Part shown: positions 39,401 to 54,086 of the stretch, in pieces
Layout of the letters: each line of letters begins with the position of its first letter
How positions within the stretch are numbered: position 1 is the stretch's first letter
Origin: Eledone cirrhosa
Lineage: Eukaryota
Length of the DNA stretch: 64,000 bases
Direction: 5' to 3'
NCBI GenBank assembly: GCA_964016885.1
Contig: OZ024740.1
Location: 251,286,001-251,350,000 of the forward strand
Notes under the pieces: generated by a model
Seen by the model: only the letters and a program-made list of their open reading frames with translations
Database searches by the model: none
Told to the model about the DNA's origin: nothing
Position numbers and translations under genes: made by a program

Positions 39401-42400
39401 CCTTGATTTTTTTTTACAAATTATCTCCCCCTGATTTTTTTTTTACAAATTATCTCCCCCTGATTTTTTTAAAAATTATCTTCCCTTGGCTGGCGGGAAA
39501 TTATCTCCCCTTGGACGGCTGGAAATTATCTCCCCTTGGAAGGATGTAAATTATCTCCCCTTGGACGGCTGGAAATTATCTCCCCTTGCACGGCTGGAAA
39601 TTATCTCCCCTTGATTTTTTTTACAAATTATCTCCCCCTGATTTTTTTTTACAAATTATCTCCCCCTGATTTTTTTTTACAAATTATCTCCCCCTGATTT
39701 TTTTTACAAATTATCTCCCCCTGATTTAAAAAAAAAAAATTATCTCCCCTTCGCTGGCTGGAAATTATCTCCCCTTGGACGCTGGAAATTATAGCCCCTT
39801 GGAGGGCTGGAAATTATCTTCCCTTGGACGGCTGGAAATTATCTTCCCTTGGACGGCTGGAAATTATCTCCCCTTGATTTTTTTTACAAATTATCTCCCC
39901 CTGATTTTTTTTTACAAATTATCTCCCCCTGATTTTTTTTTACAAATTATCTCCCCCTGATTTTTTTTTTACAAATTATCTCCGCTTGATTTTTTAAAAA
40001 AAATTATCTCCCCTTGGACGGCTGGAAATTATCTCCCCTTGGACGGCTGGAAATTATCTCCCCTTGGACGGCTAGAAATTATCTCTCCTTGGACGGCTGA
40101 AAATTATCTCCCCTTGGACGGCTGCAAATTATCTCCCCTTGATTTTTTTTACAAATTATCTCCCCCTGATTTTTTTTTACAAATTATCTCCCCCTCATTT
40201 TTTTTACAAATTATCTACCCCTGATTTTTTTTACAAATTATCTCCCCCTGATTTTTTTTTACAAATTATCTCCCCCTGATTTTTTTTTACAAATTATCTC
40301 CCCCTGATTTTTTTTTTACAAATTATCTCCCCCTGATTTTTTTACAAATTATCTCCCCCTGATTTTTTTTACAATCTCCGCCTGATTTTTTTAAAAATTA
40401 TCTTCCCTTGGCTGGCGGGAAATTATCTCCCCTTGGACGGCTGGAAATTATCTCCCCTTGGAAGGATGGAAATTATCTCCCCTTGGACGGCTGGAAATTA
40501 TCTCCCCTTGCACGGCTGGAAATTATCTCCCCTTGGCTGGAAATTATCTCCCCTTGGACGGCTAGAAATTATCTCTCTTTGGATGGCTGGAAATTATCTC
40601 CCTTTGATTTTTTTTACAAATTATCTCCCTCTGATTTTTTTTACAAATCTCCCCCTGATTTTTTTTTACAAATTATCTCCCCCTGATTTTTTTTACAAAC
40701 TATCGCCCCTGATTTTTTTACAAATTATCTCCCCTTGGCTGGCTGGAAATTATCTCCCCTTGGAGGCTGGAATTTATCTCCCTTTGGACGGCTAGAAATT
40801 ACCTCTCCTTGGACGGCTGGAAAATATGTCTCCTTGGACGGCTGGAAATTATCTCCCCTTGGACGGCTGGAAATTACCTCTCCTTGGACGGCTGAAAATT
40901 ATCTCCCCTTGGACGGCTGGAAATTATCTCCCCTTGATTTTTTTACAAATTATCTCCCCCTGATTTTTTTTACAATCTCCGCCTGATTTTTTAAAAAATT
41001 ATCTTCCCTTGGCTGGCGGGAAATTATCTCCCCTTGGACGGCTGGAAATTATCTCCCCTTGGACGGCTAGAAATTATCTCTCTTTGGACGGCTGGAAATT
41101 ATCTCCCCTTGATTTTTTTTACAAATTATCTCCCCCTGATTTTTTTTACAAATTATCCCCGCATGATTTTTAAAAAAAAAATTATCTCCCCTTCGCTGGC
41201 TGGAAATTATCTCCCCTTGGACGCTGGAAATTATAGCCCCTTGGAGGGCTGGAAATTATCTTCCCTTGGACGGCTGGAAATTATCTCCCCTTGATTTTTT
41301 TTACAAATTATCTCCCCCTGATTTTTTTTTACAAATTATCTCCCCCTGATTTTTTTTTTTACAAATTATCTCCGCCTGATTTTAAAAAAAAAATTATCTC
41401 CCCTTGGACGGCTGGAAATTATCTCCCCTTGGACGGCTGGAAATTATCTCCCCTTGGACGGCTAGAAATTACCTCTCCTTGGACGGCTGAAAATTATCTC
41501 CCATTGGACGGCTGCAAATTATCTCCCCTTGATTTTTTTTACAAATTATCTCCCGCTGATTTTTTTTACAAATTATCTCCCCCTGATTTTTTTTACAAAT
41601 TATCTCCCCCTGATTTTTTTTTACAAATTATCTCCCCCTGATTTTTTTTTACAAATTATCTCCCCCTGATTTTTTTTACAAATTATCTCCCCCTGATTTT
41701 TTTTACAAATTATCTCCCCCTGATTTTTTTTTACAAATTATCTCCCCTTGATTTTTTTTTACAAATTATCTCCCCCTGATTTTTTTTTTACAAATTATCT
41801 CCCCCTGATTTTTTTACAAATTATCTCCCCCTGATTTTTTTTACAAATTATCTCCCCCTGATTTTTTTTACAAATTATCTCCCCTTGATTTTTTTTTACA
41901 AATTATCTCCCCCTGATTTTTTTTTTACAAATTATCTCCCCCTGATTTTTTTAAAAATTATCTTCCCTTGGCTGGCGGGAAATTATCTCCCCTTGGACGG
42001 CTGGAAATTATCTCCCCTTGGAAGGATGTAAATTATCTCCCCTTGGACGGCTGGAAATTATCTCCCCTTGCACGGCTGGAAATTATCTCCCCTTGATTTT
42101 TTTTACAAATTATCTCCCCCTGATTTTTTTTTACAAATTATCTCCCCCTGATTTTTTTTTACAAATTATCTCCCCCTGATTTTTTTTACAAATTATCTCC
42201 CCCTGATTTAAAAAAAAAAAATTATCTCCTCTTCGCTGGCTGGAAATTATCTCCCCTTGGACGCTGGAAATTATAGCCCCTTGGAGGGCTGGAAATTATC
42301 TTCCCTTGGACGGCTGGAAATTATCTTCCCTTGGACGGCTGGAAATTATCTCCCCTTGATTTTTTTTACAAATTATCTCCCCCTGATTTTTTTTTACAAA

Positions 42401-45400
42401 TTATCTCCCCCTGATTTTTTTTTACAAATTATCTCCCCCTGATTTTTTTTTTACAAATTATCTCCGCTTGATTTTTAAAAAAAAATTATCTCCCCTTGGA
42501 CGGCTGGAAATTATCTCCCCTTGGACGGCTGGAAATTATCTCCCCTTGGACGGCTAGAAATTATCTCTCCTTGGACGGCTGAAAATTATCTCCCCCTTGG
42601 ACGGCTGCAAATTATCTCCCCTTGATTTTTTTTACAAATTATCTCCCCCTAATTTTTTTTTACAAATTATCTCCCCCTCATTTTTTTTACAAATTATCTA
42701 CCCCTGATTTTTTTTACAAATTATCTCCCCCTGATTTTTTTTTACAAATTATCTCCCTCTGATTTTTTTTTACAAATTATCTCCCCCTGATTTTTTTTTT
42801 ACAAATTATCTCCCCCTGATTTTTTTAAAAATTATCTCCCCCTGATTTTTTTACAATCTCCGCCTGATTTTTTTAAAAATTATCTTCCCTTGGCTGGCGG
42901 GAAATTATCTCCCCTTGGACGGCTGGAAATTATCTCCCCTTGGAAGGATGGAAATTATCTCCCCTTGGACGGCTGGAAATTATCTCCCCTTGCACGGCTG
43001 GAAATTATCTCCCCTTGGCTGGAAATTATCTCCCCTTGGACGGCTAGAAATTATCTCTCTTTGGACGGCTGGAAATTATGTCCCTTTGATTTTTTTTACA
43101 AATTATCTACCTCTGATATTTTTTACAAATCTCCCCCTGATTTTTTAAAAAAAATTATCTCCCCTTCGCTGGCTGGAAATTATCTCCCCTTGGACACTGG
43201 AAATTATAGCCCCTTGGAGGGCTGGAAATTATCTTCCCTTGGACGGCTGGAAATTATCTCCCCTTGATTGTTTTTACAAATTATCTCCGCCTGATTTTTT
43301 TTAAAAATTATCTCTCCTTGGACGGCTGGAAATTATCTCCCCTTGATTTTTTTTACAAATTATCTCCCCCTGATTTTTTTTTACAAATTATCTCCCCCTA
43401 ATTTTTTTTTACAAATTATCTACCCCTGATTTTTTTTACAAATTATCTCCCCCTGATTTTTTTTACAAATTATCTCCCCCTGATTTTTCTTTTACAAATT
43501 ATCTCCCCCTGATTTTTTTACAAATTATCTCCCCCTGATTTTTTTTACAAATTATCTCCGCCTGATTTTTTTAAATATTATCTTCCCTTGGCTGGCGGGA
43601 AATTATCTCCCCTTGGACGGCTGGAAATTATCTGCCCTTGATTTTGTTTTTACAAATTATCTTCCACTGATTTTTTTTACAAATTATCTCCACCTGATTT
43701 TTTAAAAAAATTATCTCCCCTTGGAAGGCTGGAAATTATCTCCCCTTGGACGGCTAGAAATTATCTCTCTTTGGACGGCTGGAAATTATCTCCCCTTGAT
43801 TTTTTTTACAAATTATCTCCCCCTGATTTTTTTTACAAATATCCCAGTGATTTTTTTTAAAAAATTATCTCCCCTTCGCTGGCTGGAAATTATCTCCCCT
43901 TGGATGCTGGAAATTATAGCCCCTTGGAGGGCTGGAAATTATCTTCCCTTGGACGGCTGGAAATTATCTCCCCTTGATTTTTTTTACAAATTATCTCCCC
44001 CTGATTTTTTTTTTCAAATTATCTCCCCCTGATTTTTTTTTACAAATTTTCTCCCCCTGATTTTTTTTTACAACTTATCTCCGCCTGATTTTTTTTAAAA
44101 AATCATCTCCCCTTGGACGGCTGGAAATTATCTCCCCTTGGACGGCTGGAAATTATCTCTCCTTGGACGGCTAGAAATTACCTCTCCTTGGACAATTGAA
44201 AATTATCTCCCCTTGGACGGCTGGAAATTATCTCCCCTTGATTTTTTTTACAAATTATCTCCCCCTGATTTTTTTTACAAATTATCTCCCCTGATTTTTT
44301 TTTACAAATTATCTCCCCCTGATTTTTTTTTACAAATTATCTCCCCCTGATTTTTTTTACAAATTATCTCCCCCTGATTTTTTTACAAATTATCTCCCCT
44401 TGGCTGGCTGGAAATTATCTCCCCTTGGAGGCAGGAATTTATCTCCCCTTGGACGGGTAGAAATTACCTCTCCTTGGACGGCTGGAAAATATGTCTCCTT
44501 GGACGGCTGGAAATTATCTCCCCTTGGACGGCTGGAAATTATCTCCCCTTGGACGGCTGGAAATTATCTCCCCTTGGACGGCTAGAAATTACTTCTCCTT
44601 GGACGGCTGAAAATTATCTCCCCTTGGACGGCTGGAAATTATCTCCCCTTGATTTTTTTACAAATTATCTCCCCCTGATTTTTTTTTACAAATTATCTCC
44701 CCCTGATTTTTTTTACAAATTATCTCCCCCTGATTTTTTTTACAAATTATCTCCCCCTGATTTTTTTTACAAATTATCTCCGCCTGATTTTTTTAAATAT
44801 TATCTCTCCTTGGCTGGCGGGAAATTATCTCCCCTTGGACGGCTGCAAATTATCTCCGCTTGATTTTTTTTACAAATTATCTCCCCCTGATTTTTTTTTA
44901 AAAATTATCTCCCCTTGATTTTTTTTACAAATTATCTCTCCTGATTTTTTTTTACAAATTATCTCCCCCTGATTTTTTTTTACAAATTATCTCCCCCTGA
45001 TTTTTTTTTTACAAATTATCTCCCCCTGATTTTTTTACAAATTATCTCCCCCTGATTTTTTTTACAATCTCCGCTTGATTTTTTTAAAAATTATCTTCCC
45101 TTGGCTGGCGGGAAATTATCTCCCCTTGGACGGCTGGAAATTATCTCCCCTTGGAAGGATGGAAATTATCTCCCCTTGGACGGCTGGAAATTATCTCCCC
45201 TTGCACGGCTGGAAATTATCTCCCCTTGGCTGGAAATTATCTCCCCTTGGACGGCTAGAAATTATCTCTCTTTGGATGGCTGGAAATTATCTCCCTTTGA
45301 TTTTTTTACAAATTATCTCCCTCTGATTTTTTTTACAAATCTCGCCCTGATTTTTTTTTACAAATTATCTCCCCCTGATTTTTTTTACAAACTATCTCCC

Positions 45401-48400
45401 CCTGATTTTTTTACAAATTATCTCCCCTTGGCTGGCTGGAAATTATCTCCCCTTGGAGGCTGGAATTTATCTCCCCTTGGACGGCTAGAAATTACCTCTC
45501 CTTGGACGGCTGGAAAATATGTCTCCTTGGACGGCTGGAAATTATCTCCCCTTGGACGGCTGGAAATTACCTCTCCTTGGACGGCTGAAAATTATCTCCC
45601 CTTGGACGGCTGGAAATTATCTCCCCTTGATTTTTTTACAAATTATCTCCCCCTGATTTTTTTTTTACAAATTATCTCCCCCTGATTTTTTTTACAAATT
45701 ATCTACGCCTGATTTTTTTAAATATTATCTCTCCTTGGCTGGCGGGAAATTATCTCCCCTTGGACGGCTGGAAATTATCTCCCCTTGGAAGGATGGAAAT
45801 TATCTCCCCTTGGACGGCTGGAAATTATCTCCCCTTGCACTGCTGGAAATTATCTCCCCTTGGACGGCTGGAAATTATCTGCCCTTGATTTTGTTTTTAC
45901 AAATTATCTTCCCCTGATTATTTTTACAAATTATCTCCACCTGATTTTTAAAAAAATTATCTACCCTTGGACGGCTGGAAATTATCTCCCCTTGGCTGGA
46001 AATTATCTCCCCTTGGACGGCTAGAAATTATCTCTCTTTGGACGGCTGGAAATTATCTCCCCTTGATTTTTTTTACAAATTATCTCCCCCTGATTTTTTT
46101 TACAAATTATCCCCCCATGATTTTTAAAAAAAAAATTATCTCCCCTTCGCTGGCTGGAAATTATCTCCCCTTGGACGCTGGAAATTATAGCCCCTTGGAG
46201 GGCTGGAAATTATCTTCCCTTGGACGGCTGGAAATTATCTCCCCTTGATTTTTTTTACAAATTATCTCCCCCTGATTTTTTTTTACAAATTATCTCCCCC
46301 TGATTTTTTTTTTACAAATTATCTCCGCCTGATTTTTTTAAAAAAATTATCTCCCCTTGGACGGCTGGAAATTATCTCCCCTTGGACGGCTGGAAATTAT
46401 CTCCCGTTGGACGGCTAGAAATTACCTCTCCTTGGACGGCTGAAAATTATCTCCCCTTGGACGGCTGCAAATTATCTCCCCTTGATTTTTTTTACAAATT
46501 ATCCCCCCATGATTTAAAAAAAAAAAATTATCTCCCCTTCGCTGGCTGGAAATTATCTCCCCTTGGACGCTGGAAATTATAGCCCCTTGGAGGGCTGGAA
46601 ATTATCTTCCCTTGGACGGCTGGAAATTATCTCCCCTTGATTTTTTTTACAAATTATCTCCCTCTGATTTTTTTTTACAAATTATCTACCACTGATTTTT
46701 TTTTACAAATTATCTCCCCCTGATTTTTTTTTTACAAATTATCTCCGCGTGATTTTTTTTAAAAAATTATCTCCCCTTGGACGGCTGGAAATTATCTCCC
46801 CTTGGACGGCTGGAAATTATCTCGCCTTGGACGGCTAGAAATTACCTCTCCTTGGACGGCTGAAAATTATCTCCCCTTGGACGGCTGCAAATTATCTCCC
46901 CTTGATTTTTTTTACAAATTATCTCCCCCTGATTTTTTTTACAAATTATCTCCCCCTGATTTTTTTTACAAATTATCTCCCCCTGATTTTTTTTTACAAA
47001 TTATCTCCCCCTGATTTTTTTTACAAATTATCTCCCCCTGATTTTTTTTACAAATTATCTCCCCCTGATTTTTTTTTACAAATTATCTCCCCCTGATTTT
47101 TTTTACAATCTCCGCCTGATTTTTTAAAAAATTATCTTCCCTTGGCTGGCGGGAAATTATCTCCCCTTGAACGGCTGGAAATTATCTCCCCTTGGACGGC
47201 TAGAAATTATCTCTCTTTGGACGGCTGGAAATTATCTCCCCTTGATTTTTTTTACAAATTATCTCCCCCTGATTTTTTTTACAAATTATCCCCGCATGAT
47301 TTTTAAAAAAAAAATTATCTCCCCTTCGCTGGCTGGAAATTATCTCCCCTTGGACGCTGGAAATTATAGCCCCTTGGAGGGCTGGAAATTATCTTCCCTT
47401 GGACGGCTGGAAATTATCTCCCCTTAATTTTTTTTACAAATTATCTCCCCCTGATTTTTTTTTACAAATTATCTCCCCCTGATTTTTTTTTACAAATTAT
47501 CTCCCCCTGATTTTTTTTTTTACAAATTATCTCCGCCTGATTTTTAAAAAAAAATTATCTCCCCTTGGACGGCTGGAAATTATCTCCCCTTGGACGGCTG
47601 GAAATTATCTCCCCTTGGACGGCTAGAAATTACCTCTCCTTGGACGGCTGAAAATTATCTCCCCTTGGACGGCTGCAAATTATCTCCCCTTGATTTTTTT
47701 TACAAATTATCTCCCCCTGATTTTTTTTACAAATTATCTCCCCCTGATTTTTTTTACAAATTATCTCCCCCTGATTTTTTTTTACAAATTATCTCCCCCT
47801 GATTTTTTTTTACAAATTATCTCCCCCTGATTTTTTTTACAAATTATCTCCCCCTGATTTTTTTTACAACTTATCTCCCCCTGATTTTTTTTTACAAATT
47901 ATCTCCCCTTGATTTTTTTTTACAAATTATCTCCCCCTGATTTTTTTTTTACAAATTATCTCCCCCTGATTTTTTTACAAATTATCTCCCCCTGATTTTT
48001 TTTACAAATTATCTCCCCCTGATTTTTTTTACAAATTATCTCCCCTTGATTTTTTTTTTACAAATTATCTCCCCTTGATTTTTTTTTACAAATTATCTCC
48101 CCCTGATTTTTTTTTTACAAATTATCTCCCCCTGATTTTTTTTAAAATTATCTTCCCTTGGCTGGCGGGAAATTATCTCCCCTTGGACGGCTGGAAATTA
48201 TCTCCCCTTGGAAGGATGTAAATTATCTCCCCTTGGACGGCTGGAAATTATCTCCCCTTGCACGGCTGGAAATTATCTCCCCTTGATTTTTTTTACAAAT
48301 TATCTCCCCCTGATTTTTTTTTACAAATTATCTCCCCCTGATTTTTTTTTACAAATTATCTCCCCCTGATTTTTTTTACAAATTATCTCCCCCTGATTTT

Positions 48401-51400
48401 AAAAAAAAAAATTATCTCCCCTTCGCTGGCTGGAAATTATCTCCCCTTGGACGCTGGAAATTATAGCCCCTTGGAGGGCTGGAAATTATCTTCCCTTGGA
48501 CGGCTGGAAATTATCTTCCCTTGGACGGCTGGAAATTATCTCCCCTTGATTTTTTTTACAAATTATCTCCCCCTGATTTTTTTTTACAAATTATCTCCCT
48601 CTGATTTTTTTTTACAAATTATCTCCCCCTGATTTTTTTTTTACAAATTATCTCCCCCTGATTTTTTTACAAATTATCTCCCCCTGATTTTTTTTACAAT
48701 CTCCGCCTGATTTTTTAAAAAATTATCTTCCCTTGGCTGGCGGGAAATTATCTCCCCTTGGACGGCTGGAAATTATCTCCCCTTGGACGGCTAGAAATTA
48801 TCTCTCTTTGGACGGCTGGAAATTATCTCCCCTTGATTTTTTTTACAACTTATCTCCGCCTGATTTTTTTTAAAAAATCATCTCCCCTTGGACGGCTGGA
48901 AATTATCTCCCCTTGGACGGCTGGTATTATCTCTCCTTGGACGGCTAGAAATTACCTCTCCTTGGATAATTGAAAATTATCTCCCCTTGGACGGCTGGAA
49001 ATTATCTCCCCTTGATTTTTTTTACAAATTATCTCCCACTGATTTTTTTTACAAATTATCTCCCCTGATTTTTTTTTACAAATTATCTCCCCCTGATTTT
49101 TTTTTACAAATTATCTCCCCCTGATTTTTTTTACAAATTATCTCCCCCTGATTTTTTTACAAATTATCTCCCCTTGGCTGGCTGGAAATTATCTCCCCTT
49201 GGAGGCAGGAATTTATCTCCCCTTGGACGGCTAGAAATTACCTCTCCTTGGACGGCTGGAAAATATGTCTCCTTGGACGGCTGGAAATTATCTCCCCTTG
49301 GACGGCTGGAAATTATCTCCCCTTGGACGGCTGGAAATTATCTCCCCTTGGACGGCTAGAAATTACCTCTCCTTGGACGGCTGAAAATTATCTCCCCTTG
49401 GACGGCTGGAAATTATCTCCCCCTGATTTTTTTTACAAATTATCTCCCCCTGATTTTTTTTACAAATTATCTCCGCCTGATTTTTTTAAATATTATCTCT
49501 CCTTGGCTGGCGGGAAATTATCTCCCCTTGGACGGCTGCAAATTATCTCCGCTTGATTTTTTTTACAAATTATCTTCCCCTGATTTTTTTTTACAAATTA
49601 TCTCCCCCTGATTTTTTTTACAAATTATCTCCCCTGATTTTTTTTTACAAATTATCTCCCCCTGATTTTTTTTTACAAATTATCTCCCCCTGATTTTTTT
49701 TTACAAATTATCTCCCCCTGATTTTTTTACAAATTATCTCCCCCTGATTTTTTTTACAATCTCCGCCTGATTTTTTTAAAAATTATCTTCCCTTGGCTGG
49801 CGGGAAATTATCTCCCCTTGGACGGCTGGAAATTATCTCCCCTTGGAAGGATGGAAATTATCTCCCCTTGGACGGCTGGAAATTATCTCCCCTTGCACGG
49901 CTGGAAATTATCTCCCCTTGGCTGGAAATTATCTCCCCTTGGACGGCTAGAAATTATCTCTCTTTGGATGGCTGGAAATTATCTCCCTTTGATTTTTTTT
50001 ACAAATTATCTCCCTCTGATTTTTTTTACAAATCTCCCCCTGATTTTTTTTTACAAATTATCTCCCCCTGATTTTTTTTACAAACTATCGCCCCTGATTT
50101 TTTTACAAATTATCTCCCCTTGGCTGGCTGGAAATTATCTCCCCTTGGAGGCTGGAATTTATCTCCCCTTGGACGGCTGGAAATTACCTCTCCTTGGACG
50201 GCTGAAAATTATCTCCCCTTGGACGGCTGGAAATTATCTCCCCTTGATTTTTTTACAAATTATCTCCCCCTGATTTTTTTTTTACAAATTATCTCCCCCT
50301 GATTTTTTTTACAAATTATCTACGCCTGATTTTTTTAAATATTATCTCTCCTTGGCTGGCGGGAAATTATCTCCCCTTGGAAGGATGGAAATTATCTCCC
50401 CTTGGACGGCTGGAAATTATCTCCCCTTGCACTGCTGGAAATTATCTCCCCTTGGACGGCTGGAAATTATCTGCCCTTGATTTTGTTTTTACAAATTATC
50501 TTCCCCTGATTATTTTTACAAATTATCTCCACCTGATTTTTTAAAAAATTATCTCCCCTTGGACGGCTGGAAATTATCTCCCCTTGGCTGGAAATTATCT
50601 CCCCTTGGACGGCTAGAAATTATCTCTCTTTGGACGGCTGGAAATTATCTCCCCTTGATTTTTTTTACAAATTATCTCCCCCTGATTTTTTTTACAAATT
50701 ATCTCCCCATGATTTTTAAAAAAAAAATTATCTCCCCTTCGCTGGCTGGAAATTATCTCCCCTTGGACGCTGGAAATTATAGCCCCTTGGAGGGCTGGAA
50801 ATTATCTTCCCTTGGACGGCTGGAAATTATCTCCCCTTGATTTTTTTTACAAATTATCTCCCCCTGATTTTTTTTTACAAATTATCTCCCCCTGATTTTT
50901 TTTTTACAAATTATCTCCGCCTGATTTTTTTAAAAAAATTATCTCCCCTTGGACGGCTGGAAATTATCTCCCCTTGGACGGCTGGAAATTATCTCCCCTT
51001 GGACGGCTAGAAATTACCTCTCCTTGGACGGCTGAAAATTATCTCCCCTTGGACGGCTGCAAATTATCTCCCCTTGATTTTTTTTACAAATTATCCCCCC
51101 ATGATTTTTAAAAAAAAAATTATCTCCCCTTCGCTGGCTGGAAATTATCTCCCCTTGGACGCTGGAAATTATAGCCCCTTGGAGGGCTGGAAATTATCTT
51201 CCCTTGGACGGCTGGAAATTATCTCCCCTTGATTTTTTTTACAAATTATCTCCCCCTGATTTTTTTTTACAAATTATCTCCCACTGATTTTTTTTTACAA
51301 ATTATCTCCTCCTGATTTTTTTTTTACAAATTATCTCCGCCTGATTTTTTAAAAAAAATTATCTCCCCTTGGACGGCTGGAAATTATCTCCCCTTGGACG

Positions 51401-54086
51401 GCTGGAAATTATCTCCCCTTGGACGGCTAGAAATTACCTCTCCTTGGACGGCTGAAAATTATCTCCCCTTGGACGGCTGCAAATTATCTCCCCTTGATTT
51501 TTTTTACAAATTATCTCCCCCTGATTTTTTTTACAAATTATCTCCCCCTGATTTTTTTTACAAATTATCTCCCCCTGATTTTTTTTTACAAATTATCTCC
51601 CCCTGATTTTTTTTTACAAATTATCTCCCCCTGATTTTTTTTACAAATTATCTCCCCCTGATTTTTTTTACAAATTATCTCCCCCTGATTTTTTTTACAA
51701 TCTCCGCCTGATTTTTTAAAAAATTATCTTCCCTTGGCTGGCGGGAAATTATCTCCCCTTGGACGGCTGGAAATTATCTCCCCTTGGACGGCTAGAAATT
51801 ATCTCTCTTTGGACGGCTGGAAATTATCTCCCCTTGATTTTTTTTACAAATTATCTCCCCCTGATTTTTTTTACAAATTATCCCCGCATGATTTTTAAAA
51901 AAAAAATTATCTCCCCTTCGCTGGCTGGAAATTATCTCCCCTTGGACGCTGGAAATTATAGCCCCTTGGAGGGCTGGAAATTATCTTCCCTTGGACGGCT
52001 GGAAATTATCTCCCCTTGATTTTTTTTACAAATTATCTCCCCCTGATTTTTTTTTACAAATTATCTCCCCCTGATTTTTTTTTACAAATTATCTCCCCCT
52101 GATTTTTTTTTTTACAAATTATCTCCGCCTGATTTTTAAAAAAAAATTATCTCCCCTTGGACGGCTGGAAATTATCTCCCCTTGGACGGCTGGAAATTAT
52201 CTCCCCTTGGACGGCTAGAAATTACCTCTCCTTGGACGGCTGAAAATTATCTCCCCTTGGACGGCTGCAAATTATCTCCCCTTGATTTTTTTTACAAATT
52301 ATCTCCCCCTGATTTTTTTTACAAATTATCTCCCCCTGATTTTTTTTACAAATTATCTCCCCCTGATTTTTTTTTACAAATTATCTCCCCCTGATTTTTT
52401 TTTACAAATTATCTCCCCCTGATTTTTTTTACAAATTATCTCCCCCTGATTTTTTTTACAAATTATCTCCCCCGGATTTTTTTTAATAAATTATCTCCCC
52501 TTGATTTTTTTTTACAAATTATCTCCGCCTGATTTTTTTTTTACAAATTATCTTCCCCTGATTTTTTTACAAATTATCTCCCCCTGATTTTTTTTACAAA
52601 TTATCTCCGCCTGATTTTTTTTTTACAAATTATCTTCCCCTGATTTTTTTAAAAATTATCTTCCCTTGGCTGGCGGGAAATTATCTCCCCTTGGACGGCT
52701 GGAAATTATCTCCCCTTGGAAGGATGGAAATTATCTCCCCTTGGACGGCTGGAAATTATCTCCCCTTGCACGGCTGGAAATTATCTCCCCTTGGCTGGAA
52801 ATTATCTCCCCTTGGACGGCTAGAAATTATCTCTCTTTGGATGGCTGGAAATTATCTCCCTTTGATTTTTTTTACAAATTATCTCCCTCTGATTTTTTTT
52901 ACAAATCTCCCCCTGATTTTTTTTTACAAATTATCTCCCCCTGATTTTTTTTACAAACTATCGCCCCTGATTTTTTTACAAATTATCTCCCCTTGGCTGG
53001 CTGGAAATTATCTCCCCTTGGAGGCTGGAATTTATCTCCCCTTGGACGGCTAGAAATTACCTCTCCTTGGACGGCTGGAAAATATGTCTCCTTGGACGGC
53101 TGGAAATTATCTCCCCTTGGACGGCTGGAAATTACCTCTCCTTGGACGGCTGAAAATTATCTCCCCTTGGACGGCTGGAAATTATCTCCCCTTGATTTTT
53201 TTACAAATTATCTCCCCCTGATTTTTTTTACAATCTCCGCCTGATTTTTTAAAAAATTATCTTCCCTTGGCTGGCGGGAAATTATCTCCCCTTGGACGGC
53301 TGGAAATTATCTCCCCTTGGACGGCTAGAAATTATCTCTCTTTGGACGGCTGGAAATTATCTCCCCTTGATTTTTTTTACAAATTATCTCCCCCTGATTT
53401 TTTTTACAAATTATCCCCGCATGATTTTTAAAAAAAAAATTATCTCCCCTTCGCTGGCTGGAAATTATCTCCCCTTGGACGCTGGAAATTATAGCCCCTT
53501 GGAGGGCTGGAAATTATCTTCCCTTGGACGGCTGGAAATTATCTCCCCTTGATTTTTTTTACAAATTATCTCCCCCTGATTTTTTTTTACAAATTATCTC
53601 CCCCTGATTTTTTTTTTTACAAATTATCTCCGCCTGATTTTTAAAAAAAAATTATCTCCCCTTGGACGGCTGGAAATTATCTCCCCTTGGACGGCTGGAA
53701 ATTATCTCCCCTTGGACGGCTAGAAATTACCTCTCCTTGGACGGCTGAAAATTATCTCCCATTGGACGGCTGCAAATTATCTCCCCTTGATTTTTTTTAC
53801 AAATTATCTCCCGCTGATTTTTTTTACAAATTATCTCCCCCTGATTTTTTTTACAAATTATCTCCCCCTGATTTTTTTTTACAAATTATCTCCCCCTGAT
53901 TTTTTTTTACAAATTATCTCCCCCTGATTTTTTTTACAAATTATCTCCCCCTGATTTTTTTTACAAATTATCTCCCCCTGATTTTTTTTTACAAATTATC
54001 TCCCCTTGATTTTTTTTTACAAATTATCTCCCCCTGATTTTTTTTTTACAAATTATCTCCCCCTGATTTTTTTACAAATTATCTCC
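33449..54086 (+). repeat. Copy 2 (20,638 bp) of the ~20.5-kb tandem duplication
   Basis: As for copy 1; carries 6 extra B monomers (166 bp) at about 47960-48125. Confidence 0.93.
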